Assembly: GCF_036321535.1 (NCBI RefSeq)
Contig: NC_087437.1
Span: 73,968,001 to 74,032,000 of the forward strand
Origin: Camelus dromedarius
Taxonomy: Eukaryota
Length of the DNA: 64,000 bases
Reading direction: 5' to 3'
Shown here: one piece after another, positions 1 through 11,715 of the stretch
Layout: every line of letters starts with the position of its first letter
Numbering within the stretch: the stretch's first letter is position 1
Translations under genes and position numbers: made by a program
The notes under the pieces: model-generated
Databases searched by the model: none
Seen by the model: the letters and a program-made list of their open reading frames with translations, nothing else
Told to the model about the DNA's origin: nothing

Positions 1-254
1 AATAAGCGAGATAGTCCTTTTCCTTTCAATGTATGTGCTTCTTCAGACCCAGTTAAAAACACTGACTTGCCAATACTTGCTGCTTCAAACTGTTGAAGGC
101 AGTTTGTCCTGTGGCAGCATCAACTGAAAAACATCACTACGCTGTAGTGGAATTCAATATTTAGGATTCCAAATGGTTTTTGCAAAGCAAAGGGGACTAT
201 CTCACTCAAGAATTGTTTCTGCACCTGTAAAGGGCATGGAAAGTTTCTTCACTT

Positions 255-256
<2 letters not shown>

Positions 257-285
<29 letters not shown>
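257..285. repeat. poly(T) tract
   Basis: 29 consecutive T. Confidence 0.95.
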
Positions 286-288
<3 letters not shown>

Positions 289-466
289 TCTTGCTCAATA
301 TTTCAAATACTAGCTAAATTTTTTAGATGTGTTCAATGATTTTTTTCCTTCATCAGATAGGAATTTTAAATGATCAGGATAAACAGTATAAAAAGGGAGC
401 GCATGACACTTTTCAATCCTTACAAGTCACTGGAGTATCACTATAGTAACTTACAATTATATTACT

Positions 467-619
467 ATTTTTTAAAATAACTTTATTGTGGTATGATTTC
501 TGTACAGTAAACTACACATATTTCAGATGTACAATTTGATGAATTTTAAAAGATGTATACACCTGTGAAATCACCGCCACAATCAAGATACCTGACATTT
601 CCATCACTCCCCAAGAAGT
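467..619 (-). mobile_element. old L1 (L1MB/L1ME-like) 3' end
   Basis: T tract then ctttattgtggtatgatt...gtacaatttgatgaatttt...caatcaagata...atttccatcactcc, typical antisense L1M 3' terminus. Confidence 0.75.
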
Positions 620-795
620 GCAAATTTTCAATTCCCAAATTATCCCTTTCCACCCCGTTTATCCCCTGGTAACCATGAATCTGTTCTTTATGTCTGTGAG
701 TCTTTTTCTGTCTTGTAAATAAGTTCATTTGTGTCTTTTTTTTTTTTTTTTAAGATTCTACATATAAGCGATATCATATGGTATTTTTCTTTACA
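620..795 (-). mobile_element. younger laurasiatherian/camelid L1 3'UTR fragment
   Basis: cccctggtaaccat...tatgtctgtgagtc...taaataagttcatttg...atatcatatggtattt; same sequence class as the copies at 3592, 7659 and 35258. Confidence 0.85.
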
Positions 796-3049
796 TTTCT
801 ATTTTCAAACAAAAGTAAAGTGTCTTTGTTCAAACTCCCTCTTACAGAGACTTGCTGAAGGGTAAAACAGCCTCAGAACTGGAGTATGCGCCTTGGGCTC
901 TGATGGCTCTGGCTCTTGGAGATGTGGAAAATTCCATTTGCATTGCCCTGGAGTGCTTGGTTGATCATAGAGAAATTAGGGAGAGCCAACTCCTTTGAGG
1001 ATTACTGATGCATTTATTTTTGAGCATTTAAAACAGTAAACTTTATCAATATTTATGTAGACATTGGCCCAGTATCAAATATTTGAATAACTGAGAAATA
1101 GACACATATATAAGATTAAGAATTTAAAACATTTGCACAGTAAATATTTATTCCATTAGTGGAAAATAAAGCTTTTCAAATTATATATACTAAATTTTAC
1201 GAACATTATTAAAGAAATATTTCCGTTCTTTCTTGTTCTTCATTAGATACATAGTTGTTAATAATATTACCTTACAAGTCTCAGTGCTTTTAACATTTCA
1301 AAGCATCTATGTTCTTAGATATCTTTCTATATATTCTAAAATATTTCTGGCTTTCCTTCTTAAGACATGGTATAGGTCAAGAGCTATATGCCAGCTGTAA
1401 AAGGATATAAGTCTGGAAGCTTTTGAAGACTACGATTCTTTTAAGATACAGACATCATTCTTTGTGAAGTGAGAATAAAATCATGCCCTTTATTCATTGT
1501 CAATGGGCCTGCTCTTCCAGAATACATTACTATCTTTTATCTAATAGCCTATTACAGACTGCAGAGCATGGAAAGGCAGTGATATTGCTCAGGGTTTACA
1601 GATTTCATTTTTTATTTCAATGCCATTATTAAATAACCCCTCAGACGGAAATTCAATACTGCCATGCTACACGATAAGCTATGTTAATAGCTCATGTTAT
1701 GCAAGAATCGAGCAATTACTTGAAACTTAACGGCAGGCCTGTGAAAATGTGTAATTGGCCAGATTCTCATCCACAGTAATGTTATGTAGTTGCCTTAGTG
1801 ACAGCAGATTAGAGTGTGGCCTTTCATACAAGGCTTCTGAAGCACAGCCGGTTTACTAAAGAGGGGATTCCCTTTGTATGGTTTTATTGGGATGAGAGCG
1901 AAAGAAATACTTTAAGGAGTGGTTGGTCTGAACAGAAGTTAAAGTGCCACAATGAGATTCAAGCAGTAGAAACAGGACGGTTTTGATTTTCTTTACTCTT
2001 AACGCACGTGTCTCCCTGAAAGCAGAACTCATAAAGATGTTTTGCAATAAGACTATTATAAGTTTTAAATATATCGTAGATGGGAAGGTTAATTTAAAAA
2101 GAAAAAAATCTAAAAAATAAAAAAGTCAAGAATGAAGAAGGAAAAATAATCACCAGCTGGCAGATTAGATGTAATTATAATTAATGATGATGGTGTTATT
2201 ATATTCAGAAAGCAGTGATATAGGGAAGCTACATTAAAACAGAGCAATCATGGCACGTGTGAAATGTTGGCTCATCGGGGGAGCTGTGCAGTGGTGTATG
2301 CACTGAGTGGATGCAGATGATTCTCATGGCATTTCGTAATTCAGAAATAATCTTTTTCTCTATACCAGTGAAAGCCCTCAGAAAATCACTGAGCTAAAAG
2401 TTAAATCAGGGATAGTGTTTCAAAAGGGGCTTTAACTTGAAATTCTCAGCCAAACTTTTTATCTTCAGTAGCAAGAAATAGGCTAATGACTGACTTAGAG
2501 CTGGAAGAGAACATTTTGTAAAAAACCCTGATATTTCCAATGAAGACAGTCATACTCAGAGTGGCTACCCAGCCTAGACCACAGCAGCTAGTTAGTAGAG
2601 AGCCAGGGCTAAATCCCTAGGCTCTAGTTGCACAGATCAAGGACCATTAAAACGGACTTTTAAGGTAAGGACTTTTAAGAATTTTTAGGTGAAATGAAGG
2701 GAAAACTTTTTTTTAGATCTGCCATTGGGGAAAAACAATTACAACTTTTCTTATGAAGCAGAAGAGGTCCTCAGATGTGTTATCTAATGATTATCCTCTC
2801 CTTGGCCTTGCTACAGTGCGTGTTCCACAGTGTTCTGCAGAGAGGGGAATGAGTGTATTCCAAAAAACCTAAGATGTTTAGGAATCAGGTCTATTACTAA
2901 AATTGTACAACTTACTTTTCAAGATCTGGAAAATTCCAGGATAGCCAAGTCATGTGGGTAGAGATCTTACGCGAAGACAGTCTGTGTGATAAAGTCTGCG
3001 AGATGTCCAGATGGGTAGAGTTAAATTCACAATCTCAGGATTATCGTCT

Positions 3050-3135
3050 TTTCTGTTAAATACATTAACACGCTTAAGCACTTAGCATAGTGCCTGGCAC
3101 ACAGAAGGTGCCATGTAAGTGGGTATGGTTGTTAC
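3050..3135 (+). mobile_element. MIR 3' fragment
   Basis: aagcacttagcatagtgcctggcacacagaaggtgc matches the MIR/L2 tail. Confidence 0.7.
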
Positions 3136-3520
3136 TACATTTGTGATCACTTTCATCTGATGTTCTCCTTGGTGCTCTGAGCCTGACGAGGCTGCAGGAG
3201 ATGCAGAACTCCTGGCATTTATGTTCTGTATCTCTAAGGCTGAGCACTTTGTCTGCTATACAAAAGGGAATCAGAAGCTGCCTACCGAATGGATGCTGTT
3301 GAATACTCTAGCAAGGGGCCAGCTTAACGTACCTCTCTCTGTGTAAGATAAATCAAAATACGACAACTTTGAACTTAATCAGATTTCTATAAAGAGTCCA
3401 AGTATGTAAAGCAAAGTAAGATAAAAGATCAAACATTTTTTTTTACCCTGGGAAAGAGAAAAAAAATGGATGAGAGCAGAATATTATGGGATATATATTT
3501 ATGGCTCTTATACATGGATA

Positions 3521-4043
3521 TGGTAGGCTGAATAATGGCTCCCAAAGATGTTCATGTCCTAGTAGCCAGAACCTGTCAAAGTGTCAATGTCTTTTTTTAA
3601 CTGAAGTATAGTCAATTTACAATATTGTGTTAGTTTCTGGTGTATAGCATAATGATTCATTTATACATATATGTATATATTCCTTTTCATTATAAGTTAC
3701 TACAAGGTATTGCATATAGTTCCCTGTGCTATACAGTAGGACCGTGTTTATCTATTTTATATATAGTAGTTAGTATCTGCAAATCCTGAACTCCCAATTT
3801 ATCCTTCCCCACACCCTTTCCTCCCTGGTAACCATAAGTTTGTTTTCTATGTCTGTGAGTCTGTTTCTAAGGGAGATAAGCAAGAAAGAAAAAGAAAAAT
3901 ACCATATGATATCACTTATATGTGGAATTAAAAAAAATATATATATATATAAAATAAAGGATACAAATGAACTTACTGTCAACATGTTATGTTACATGGT
4001 AAAAGGAACTTTGCAGATGTAATTAAATTAAGAATCTTGAGAT
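3521..4043 (+). mobile_element. MLT1D-like MaLR LTR 5' part, split by an L1 insertion (LTR pieces 3521-3579 and 3976-4043)
   Basis: tggtaggctgaataatggctcccaaagatg...gaacctgtcaa resumes as ctgtcaacatgttatgttacatggtaaaaggaactttgcagatgtaattaa. Confidence 0.85.
3592..3975 (-). mobile_element. 5'-truncated, 5'-inverted L1 3' end (twin-priming structure)
   Basis: 3592-3868 is antisense L1 3' terminus; 3869-3975 is the adjacent upstream 3'UTR segment in opposite orientation; flanked by ctgtcaa direct repeats (3573-3579, 3976-3982). Confidence 0.85.
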
Positions 4044-4044
4044 T

Positions 4045-7000
4045 TGGAAGGGCTCAAGACGGCGGAGTAGGAGGACCCTGAATTTACTTCCTCCTATGGA
4101 CCTAACACATTTACAGCTACATATGGAATAATTTTCCTTTGAAAAAGACCCAAGAACTAGATGAACAACACCTCCACAACACAAGACAAAAAAGACACAC
4201 CAAGAAGGGTAGGAGAGGCAGAGACATGGCCTCACCTGGGACCTCACCCCAGATACAGTGATCCCACAATTGGGAGAAATTCTGGAAGTACAGAACTCTC
4301 TCTTGAGTGAAGGGATCGTGCCTCACATAAGGCACCCCCACCCTGGGTGCCAGTACTGGAAAGACAAGCCCCCAAAACATCTAATTTTGAAAACTAATGG
4401 GGATTAAGACCAGGAGACTCACAGACATGTGGGGAATGGAGCTCCTGCCCTTGGCGTGCTCGTGCAGAAACTGACCCTCCCTGAGACCTAGCGCAGCAGC
4501 ACAGACTGAAAGTACCCAGACCACAAGTGATGGAGACCCATTGACTCATTTTAAAGCAGTTGCTGGAGCGAGACCTGCAAGGACTTTATCCAGGGATGGA
4601 AACAACTGGTGAATGCCATTTTTGCAATCTCATCTTCACTTGCTGGTGACAGAGCTGATGGGCATCACTTTTAATGCCCCCTCCCTGACCCAGCCTGCTA
4701 GCACCAGAGGGTGTGCTCTGCCTACCTTGTGTCTTAAGTGGGCTGGATGAGCATCCTGTACCCCACCCACCCCACACAGCATCCGTGCCATTACCAGCCT
4801 GGGTAAGCACCGTAAGCCCCACCCACCTGGTGCGGGTACTGAGCCACAACTGGGCTTGCCCTGAGCTCTGCCCTCTGACGCAGAGCTGAGAGGGGTGAGC
4901 CCCCTGAGCCCCACCTTAGCCTGGCAGCAGCTGAGCAGTAATAGACACTGGTGGATGTCCTGAGTCCCACCCACCCCATGTGCTGAGCCACAACCAGTCA
5001 GGGCAAGCACCCTGAGTCCAGCCATTCCTGTGTAGCAGCCAGCCCACATCCAGGCTGGGCGAGTGCCCTGAGCCCTGTCCCCCTGCACAGAAACCAAGCC
5101 ACAACTGGGACCAGCGAGTGACTCAAACCCCTCCCTCCCTGCACAGCAGCCACAATAACAGCTGGCGGGCACACAGAGTGCACAAGGAATGCCCACAGAA
5201 TGCCTGTCTCTGGTGGCCAGAGGAGATTGTGCTTGTGGGCCACATGGAACAGCTCCTACATGAGACCACTCTTTCAAGACTGAGGGAGGCGGCCATTCGG
5301 CCTAATATATATATAGAAACACAGAGAGATAGGGAAAATGAGCAAACAGAGGAATATGTTCCATACCAAAAAACAGGGCAAATCCCCAGAAGACCTTAAT
5401 GAAACAGAGGTAAGCAACCTACCTGATAGAGTTCAAAGTAATGGTCATAAAAATGCTCACTGATCTCAGGAGAAGAATGGTTAAACATGGTGAGAACTTC
5501 AACAAAGAGACAGAACTACAAGCAAGTACCAAATAGAAGTTATAACTGAACTAAAAAATACACTCGAGAGGCTCAACAACAGAATGGCTGAAAGAGAAGC
5601 ACGAATCAGTAGGCTGAAAGACAAATAAATGGAAATACCCAGAAAGGACAGAACAGCAAAAGGAAAAAGAATTTTAAAAAGTGAGGATAACTTAAGGAAT
5701 CTCTGGGACAACACTGAGCAGAGTAACATCACATTGTAGGGGTCCCAGAGGAGAAGAGAAAGATAAAGGGCCAGAATAATTATTTGAATAAATAAGGGCT
5801 GAAAAGTTCCCTAATATGGGGAAGGAAACAGTCATCCAGCTCCAGGAAGCCCAGAAAGTTCCAAATAAGATGAATTCAGAGAAATACACAAAGATATTAT
5901 AATTAAAATGATGAAAGTTAAGGATAAAGAGAGAACATTATAAACAACAAGAGAAAATTGAAAGCTTTTCCTCTCAGATCAGGAAAAAGACAAGAATGCC
6001 CACTCTCACCTTTATTTATTTATTTATTCATTCATTCATTTATTTTCCACGTTTTAATCACAAAGCTGCTACAAATATTTGTGTACAAGTTTCTCTGTGA
6101 AAATACATTTTCATTTCCGAGGATATACATACAATAGTGCAGCTGTTAGGTTGCATGACACATTCATTTTTAGTTTTAAAAGGAACTCTGAAATATTTTT
6201 CCAAAGTGACTGTGTACCACTTTTATTTAACATAGTATTGGAAGTCCTAGATACAGCCATTAGGAAGGGGAAAAAAAGGCATCTAAACTGAAAAGAAAGA
6301 AGTAAAACTGTCACTATTTGCAGATGACACACAGAAAACCTCAAAGATTCCACCAAAAAATATTAGAACTAATAAATTCAGGAAACTAATAGGATAAAAA
6401 TATACAAAAATGTGTTGCATTTCTATACATTTATAAGGAACTCTCAGAAACAGAAATTAAGAAAGCAATCCAAACACAATTGCATCAAAAATAATAAAAT
6501 ATCTAGGAATAAATTTAATCAAAGAGGTGAAAAACCTGTACTCTGAAAACTATAAAGCATTGGTAAAGGAAACTGAAGATGAAAAAAATAAATGGTAAGA
6601 TATACTGTGCCCATGGATTGGAAGAATTAATATTGTTAAAATATCCAAACTACCCAACTCAATCTACAGATTCAATGCAATCCACATCAAAATACCAATG
6701 GCATTTTTCACAGAACTGGAACAAGGAATACTAAAACTTGTATGGAACCATAAAAGACCAAGAATAGTCAAAGCAATCATGAGAAAGAAGAACAAAGCTG
6801 GGTTGTCATGCCCCTTGACTTTAAACTATACCACAAAGCTATAGTAATCAAAACAGTATGGTACTGGTACATAAACAGACACATAGATCAATGCAGCAGA
6901 GAGCCCAGAAATAAACCCATGCTTCTATGGTCAATTAATCTATGACAAAAGAGGTAAGGATGTACAATGGGGAAAAGGCAGTGTCTTCAATAAACTGTGT

Positions 7001-7190
7001 TGGGAAAGCTACATGCAAAAGAATCCAACTGTATCACTTTCCAGAACACTATGTACAAAAATAAACTCAAAATGGTTTAAAAACTTAAATGTAAGAGCTG
7101 AAACCTTAAAACTCCTGGAAGAAAACAAACAACACAGAAACAGACTTATTGATCCACATAACAGACTAGCGGTTGTGAGAGGGGAGGAGA
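4045..7190 (+). mobile_element. internally deleted L1 (5'UTR, decayed ORF1, ORF2 RT fragment, 3'UTR piece)
   Basis: L1-type 5' start (caagacggcggagtaggaggac); GC-rich 5'UTR; A-rich ORF1 ~5340-5950; ORF2 cccactctcacc...catagtattggaagtcctag; RT motif tttgcagatgac (FADD) ~6318; 3'UTR acagaaacagac ~7135. Confidence 0.92.
6011..6217 (-). mobile_element. diverged L1M ORF2-end fragment with (TTTA/TTCA)n tail, inserted in the L1 ORF2
   Basis: aaagctgctacaaatatttgtgtacaag...ttttccaaagtgactg is antisense old L1; the host ORF2 reads through on both sides. Confidence 0.7.
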
Positions 7191-7658
7191 TTGAAACGTG
7201 AAGTTATTAAGCTGTGTTTTTTGTGGTTGCAGTCTTTGCACCTGTTAGTGATGTCCATCCATACCCTTCCAAGAAAGGGCCTTTCTTTTTCTCCCCTTCC
7301 TCACTGTTCTTGTCAATGTACATTTGAACGTGAAACCTGATTCTTCCATGGCCTTGTCAGACTGAGTCATGGCAGTTGTAATTCAGAATTCTCTGGCCCT
7401 CATCTCCATTTTACAGAAGTTGCACCTACAAACTCTTCCTAGGAGTCTCCAAAGATTGCTTTACATTTGCCACTAAACAGCTGCTTTCTGCTGGGCGTTA
7501 CCCTGCACTCTGGACACTACCATACTTCAAACAGTGTCCCCAGCAGACACATCTGTGGGGTTAGCATCTATTGTGTTTGGCATTAAGGTACCACTGGACC
7601 CTTGCTGGATGTAGCATCTAAACACTGGATGTTTTTAGTGTCACAGTTTGCAGGTTAG

Positions 7659-8294
7659 TTTTTTTTTCTTTTTATTAAAGTGCAGCCAATTACAATGTGT
7701 CAGTCTCTGGTGTACAGCACAATGTCCCAGTCATGCATATACATACATATATTTGTTTTCATTTTTTTCCCATTAAAGGTTATTATAAGATCTTGAACAT
7801 AGTTCCCTGTGCTATACAAAAGAAAGTTTTTAAAATCTATTTTTATATATAGTGGCTAACATTTGTAAATCTCAAACTCCCAAATTTATCCCCTCCCAGC
7901 TCCTTTCCCCCATAACCATAAGATTGTTTACTAAGTCTGTGAGTCTGTTTCTGTTCTGTAGACAAGTTCATAGCGCCTTTTTTTTTTTTTTTTGTAATAT
8001 GCCACATATGAGTGATATAATATACTATTTTTCTTTTTCTTTCTGGCTTACTTCACTTAGAATAATGATCTCTAGGTCCATCCATGTTGCTGCAAATGGC
8101 ATTATTTTATTCTTTTTTTATGGCTGAGTAGTATTCCATTGTATAAATATACCACAACTTCTTTATCCAGTCATCTGTTGATGGATATTTAGGTTGCTTC
8201 CATGTCTTGGCCATTGTATATAGTGCTGCTATGAACATCGGGTTGTGATTTAGAGTTCCCTCTGGATATATACCCAGAAGTGGGATTGCTGGAT
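7659..8294 (-). mobile_element. young L1 3' end (ORF2 C-terminus + 3'UTR), 5'-truncated
   Basis: poly-T, tacaatgtgtcagtctctggtgtacagc, tccatccatgttgctgcaaatggc, cccagaagtgggattgctggat. Confidence 0.93.
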
Positions 8295-9342
8295 GAAAGA
8301 ACAGCTCTCTGTTCTTCGTACTCTATGTAATAAATGAGTCCCCAGGCAGTGCTCCTGATATCTGACAGAGTTTTTAGTGAGACAGTTGTTTCATCTTCTA
8401 TTTAGATCTTTTCTATCATCCGTGGGATCCAAAAGTGAATCCAAGGTGGGGACGCCTGGGAGACAATTTGAATGAAGACCATGTTGTAATCACATTTCCC
8501 CTTTCTCCTGAGAACCATGGTATTTGTACTGCATCTAACTCCTTTGGCTTCTATCCTTCTTCCTCTAGGAAGCTCACTCTTTTTCTAAGTACATTTGTTT
8601 TCAGTCCCTTTGCTCCTTCTGAAAGGTCACGGCTAGTGTTGCTTTCGGCTTGAAGTCTCTCAGATCTCATGAAAACTGACTTTTGGGAGGTTGACTCCAC
8701 CTGTTCACCAATTATGACATAATGTCACTTGGACTTAGCATGGATTCATCTTTACCTCCATTTTTATGTTTACCTAAGACTGATATATTTTTAATGACTT
8801 CAGAAAGACTGTTTAGTATGTTTCGCTCATTGTGTAAAGCCAGGACTAAAAATACTGATCGACTTGAAATGATCGCTATGTAAATAATGTTGTGTCTGAA
8901 AAATATAAGCTATTTCAAGCCCTCAGTTCTTGGTTTGTTGTAACAATATAAAGAATCCAATCCACCTGTATATACTGTGTTTGCAAGAGTTGTCATCACC
9001 TGCAGGATTTGTGAGACGTGTTTATCTATCCTAAACTGAAGAGGTAGATTGGAGGTCTGCCCTGGTTACGTTGAGCCTGAGTAAATAGCCAGAAGCACTA
9101 ATAGTAAAGAATGCTATAGCACTTTGAATTCTTTATAGCTGAATAATGAGCCCATTTGAAATAATAATTTCAACTTTGGATTAATTTGAACTCATAATAA
9201 AAGTATTTAAATAAATTCAACTCTCTTTGTACTATGGCTCAGGCCTGGTGTGAACATTTAGGAACAAACAATAGTTATTCCACACTTTACTCAGAGAAAC
9301 TGCTATCTGCTCAGCAAGAATATCATGAACTTGTAACAGCTC

Positions 9343-9875
9343 TGTCCCTATTATTTATCTATTGGTGCAGAACAAATTTACCCAAATATCAGCAACTTAA
9401 AACAACAACAAAATTATTATCTTATCCAATTTATAAGGGCCAGGTCCTGGAAGCAGCTTAGCTGGATGGTTCTGACTCAGTCTCTCATAAGCTGAGGTCA
9501 AGCTGTTGCTCAGGGCACCATTCATCTGAAGACTTGAATGGGGATGGAGGTTCTACCTCCAAACTCACTCACATGGCTGTTGGCAGGAGGCCTCACTTCC
9601 TAGCCAAGGGAGCCTCTCTATTTGGCTGCCCATGACTTGGAAGCTGGCTTCCAACAGAGTCAGTATAGAGAGAAACAGATACTGAGAGAGAGAGAGAGAG
9701 AGAGAGAACATTGACTTTAATGCCCTACGTCCCAGTCACACACCATCACTTTCACTTACCAGATTCATAGAAGCAAATCACTAAGTCAAGCCCACACAAC
9801 AGTAGGGGCTTATATGAGGGCGTGAATACCAGGAGGTGGGGGTTGATAAGGGCCACCTTGGGTTGTGGTACCACC
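9343..9875 (-). mobile_element. MaLR LTR (MLT1F/E-like)
   Basis: cagcaacttaaaacaac...ctcactcacatggctgttggcaggaggcctc...gggcgtgaataccaggagg; internal (GA)n at ~9684-9706. Confidence 0.8.
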
Positions 9876-10369
9876 GCCACCAACCTGCTGACTGAATGTG
9901 AGCAACGGACTATGCCTCTTGCAGCTTTTCGTTTCTTACAGGTTTAGGGATTTTACTGGATAGCCCCTTCTACATCAGTTTGGGCTCTCAAAGCTGAAAA
10001 TAAACTGGAGAGCGGTCAGATGCTGGAGGACTTGGACAGAAGCGTAGTCCAAATCCGTGAATGGAGAAATTTGACTTTGCTCCCTTTACCCCAGCTCCCT
10101 GAAGTGACAGCTGAATTGTTTTGTCCTTATTTTCAGCTATCTGAAACATCTGCCCGAGACGCCTTGTTACAAAGACCCACAGCAATTGTAAATAAGTATC
10201 CCAGATTAGTTTACCTATCACTATTTAGGGATGCTTTCTCAAGTTTCTTCATCGTATCTTTAAGGACACTGAGATCCAGATTTGTTTCCTTTGTTAATTA
10301 CTGGCATCTGTCTTTGTACAATAGTGTATGTAATAGGACTACTTTTGTTCAGAAACTGAAATAAATAAC

Positions 10370-10540
10370 ATGTATTGAGAATTACCGTTTGCCTAGCACT
10401 CTTCTAAGCGCTGTTTCAATCCTCCCAGCTATCCCGGCCAGGTAGAACCAGAACGTGCTTTGGTCACACACACATGGTGCGGCACAGTCGGGATTCATAC
10501 CAGGCAGCCTGGCCCCCAAACCAGGCCCTCAATGCCTGTG
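10370..10540 (-). mobile_element. MIR fragment
   Basis: tattgagaattacc...cctagcactcttctaagcgct...gggattcataccaggcagcctgg. Confidence 0.6.
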
Positions 10541-11316
10541 TTCTACTGTGAAGAGAGAGGCTACAGAACTTGCACTTGATCATAAAGCAAATTCAAGCGA
10601 GGAACAGTCACACACCCGGCGAACTCACGCTCACGGCCGATGGGGTGGCGGTTCAGGAAGGACTCAACTCGGCTCTAAGTGTGTTCAGACCCCCAGACTC
10701 CAGGAAAATAGAGAGGCTCACTTCATCAGATCTAAATTAGGGTTTTGAGTACATCAGATATGCTTATATTTTAGGAAGTCAGTGTGAACCCCTGTTTCTT
10801 AATTACATGTCAGACTTCATGATTTTACATTCCCCAAGCATAAAGCTGCCCTGTTGCTATAGCGTCGGTGAGACAGGATGATTTCATCTTTTGCCTGACA
10901 TGTTAAAAAGGAGCTGGGCTGCAGTAGGGGATAAAATGATGATGGTCGCTAGCTGTGAGTTGACAAACACTAGTCTCAGTAAACACCAATTATTTGTCTT
11001 GTTTTTGTTTTCAGAGTGAATCACATGCTAGAGAATGCCCAGAATAGCTTACAGTGAGGTACACGGGATAACTAAAGCTCCTCTGAAGGCTTTTTCCAGT
11101 ATTTGTTCTGTTTTGCAGATCTACTCAACAATTCAGCGAAACTTCTGAGCATATTTGCTGGCTGCTTCAGTGAAAACAGCACAGAGCACATAGCTTTTAT
11201 CTAATACTTTGAGGAAATAACCATATGCATTAAAATATTGGCTCTGAATTTTCTTCATGTTTAAGATGTTTAATACAAATTAATACTGAGAGTACCACCA
11301 TTTAGTACATTGAATA

Positions 11317-11486
11317 TAGTTGGCCAGATAAAATACAGGACACTGAGTTAAATTTGAGAACAACAGCAAAAATATTTAGTGTAAAATATTTGGCACCTAT
11401 TTAAACCAAAAAAAAAATTGTTTCTTATCTGAAATTCAAATTTAACTGGGCATCTGTATTTTCATTTGCAAAATCTGGAAAACTTA
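11317..11486. mobile_element. MER53-like palindromic hAT MITE
   Basis: gccagataaaatacaggacactgagttaaatttga ... tctgaaattcaaatttaactgggcatctgtatttt...aaatctgg; long internal inverted repeat. Confidence 0.85.
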
Positions 11487-11639
11487 GTTTGGGGGCCTTC
11501 AGAAGAACTGAGAATGCTCTCTTCCCTCCTGTTTTGGGGACTGGTGGCCTCATTACTTTGGACTCCACCTTCAAGTGGAAACTAAGTAAAAACTGAGCCT
11601 CCGTATCTCATGAAACTAAGCAGAGGCTTTGCGGTAGGA

Positions 11640-11715
11640 TGGACTAGAGTCCAGCTTAGCTCTGCTGTTTGCTCTCTGTATGACCGGGGGCAAAGCACTC
11701 ACGTGTTCTTGGAAA
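11640..11715 (+). mobile_element. MIR fragment
   Basis: tagctctgctgtttgctctctgtatgaccgggggcaaagcactc, MIR core-like. Confidence 0.5.

Noticed and set aside
4636..5277. 213-aa minus-strand ORF, the longest in the track
   Set aside because: Lies antisense within the GC-rich repetitive L1 5'UTR; low stop density explains it and no protein family is recognisable
5340..7125. L1 ORF1/ORF2 as functional CDS
   Set aside because: Multiple stops, frameshifts and large deletions
11015..11058. Micro-exon after a strong acceptor
   Set aside because: Weak donor (gtacac); expected by chance
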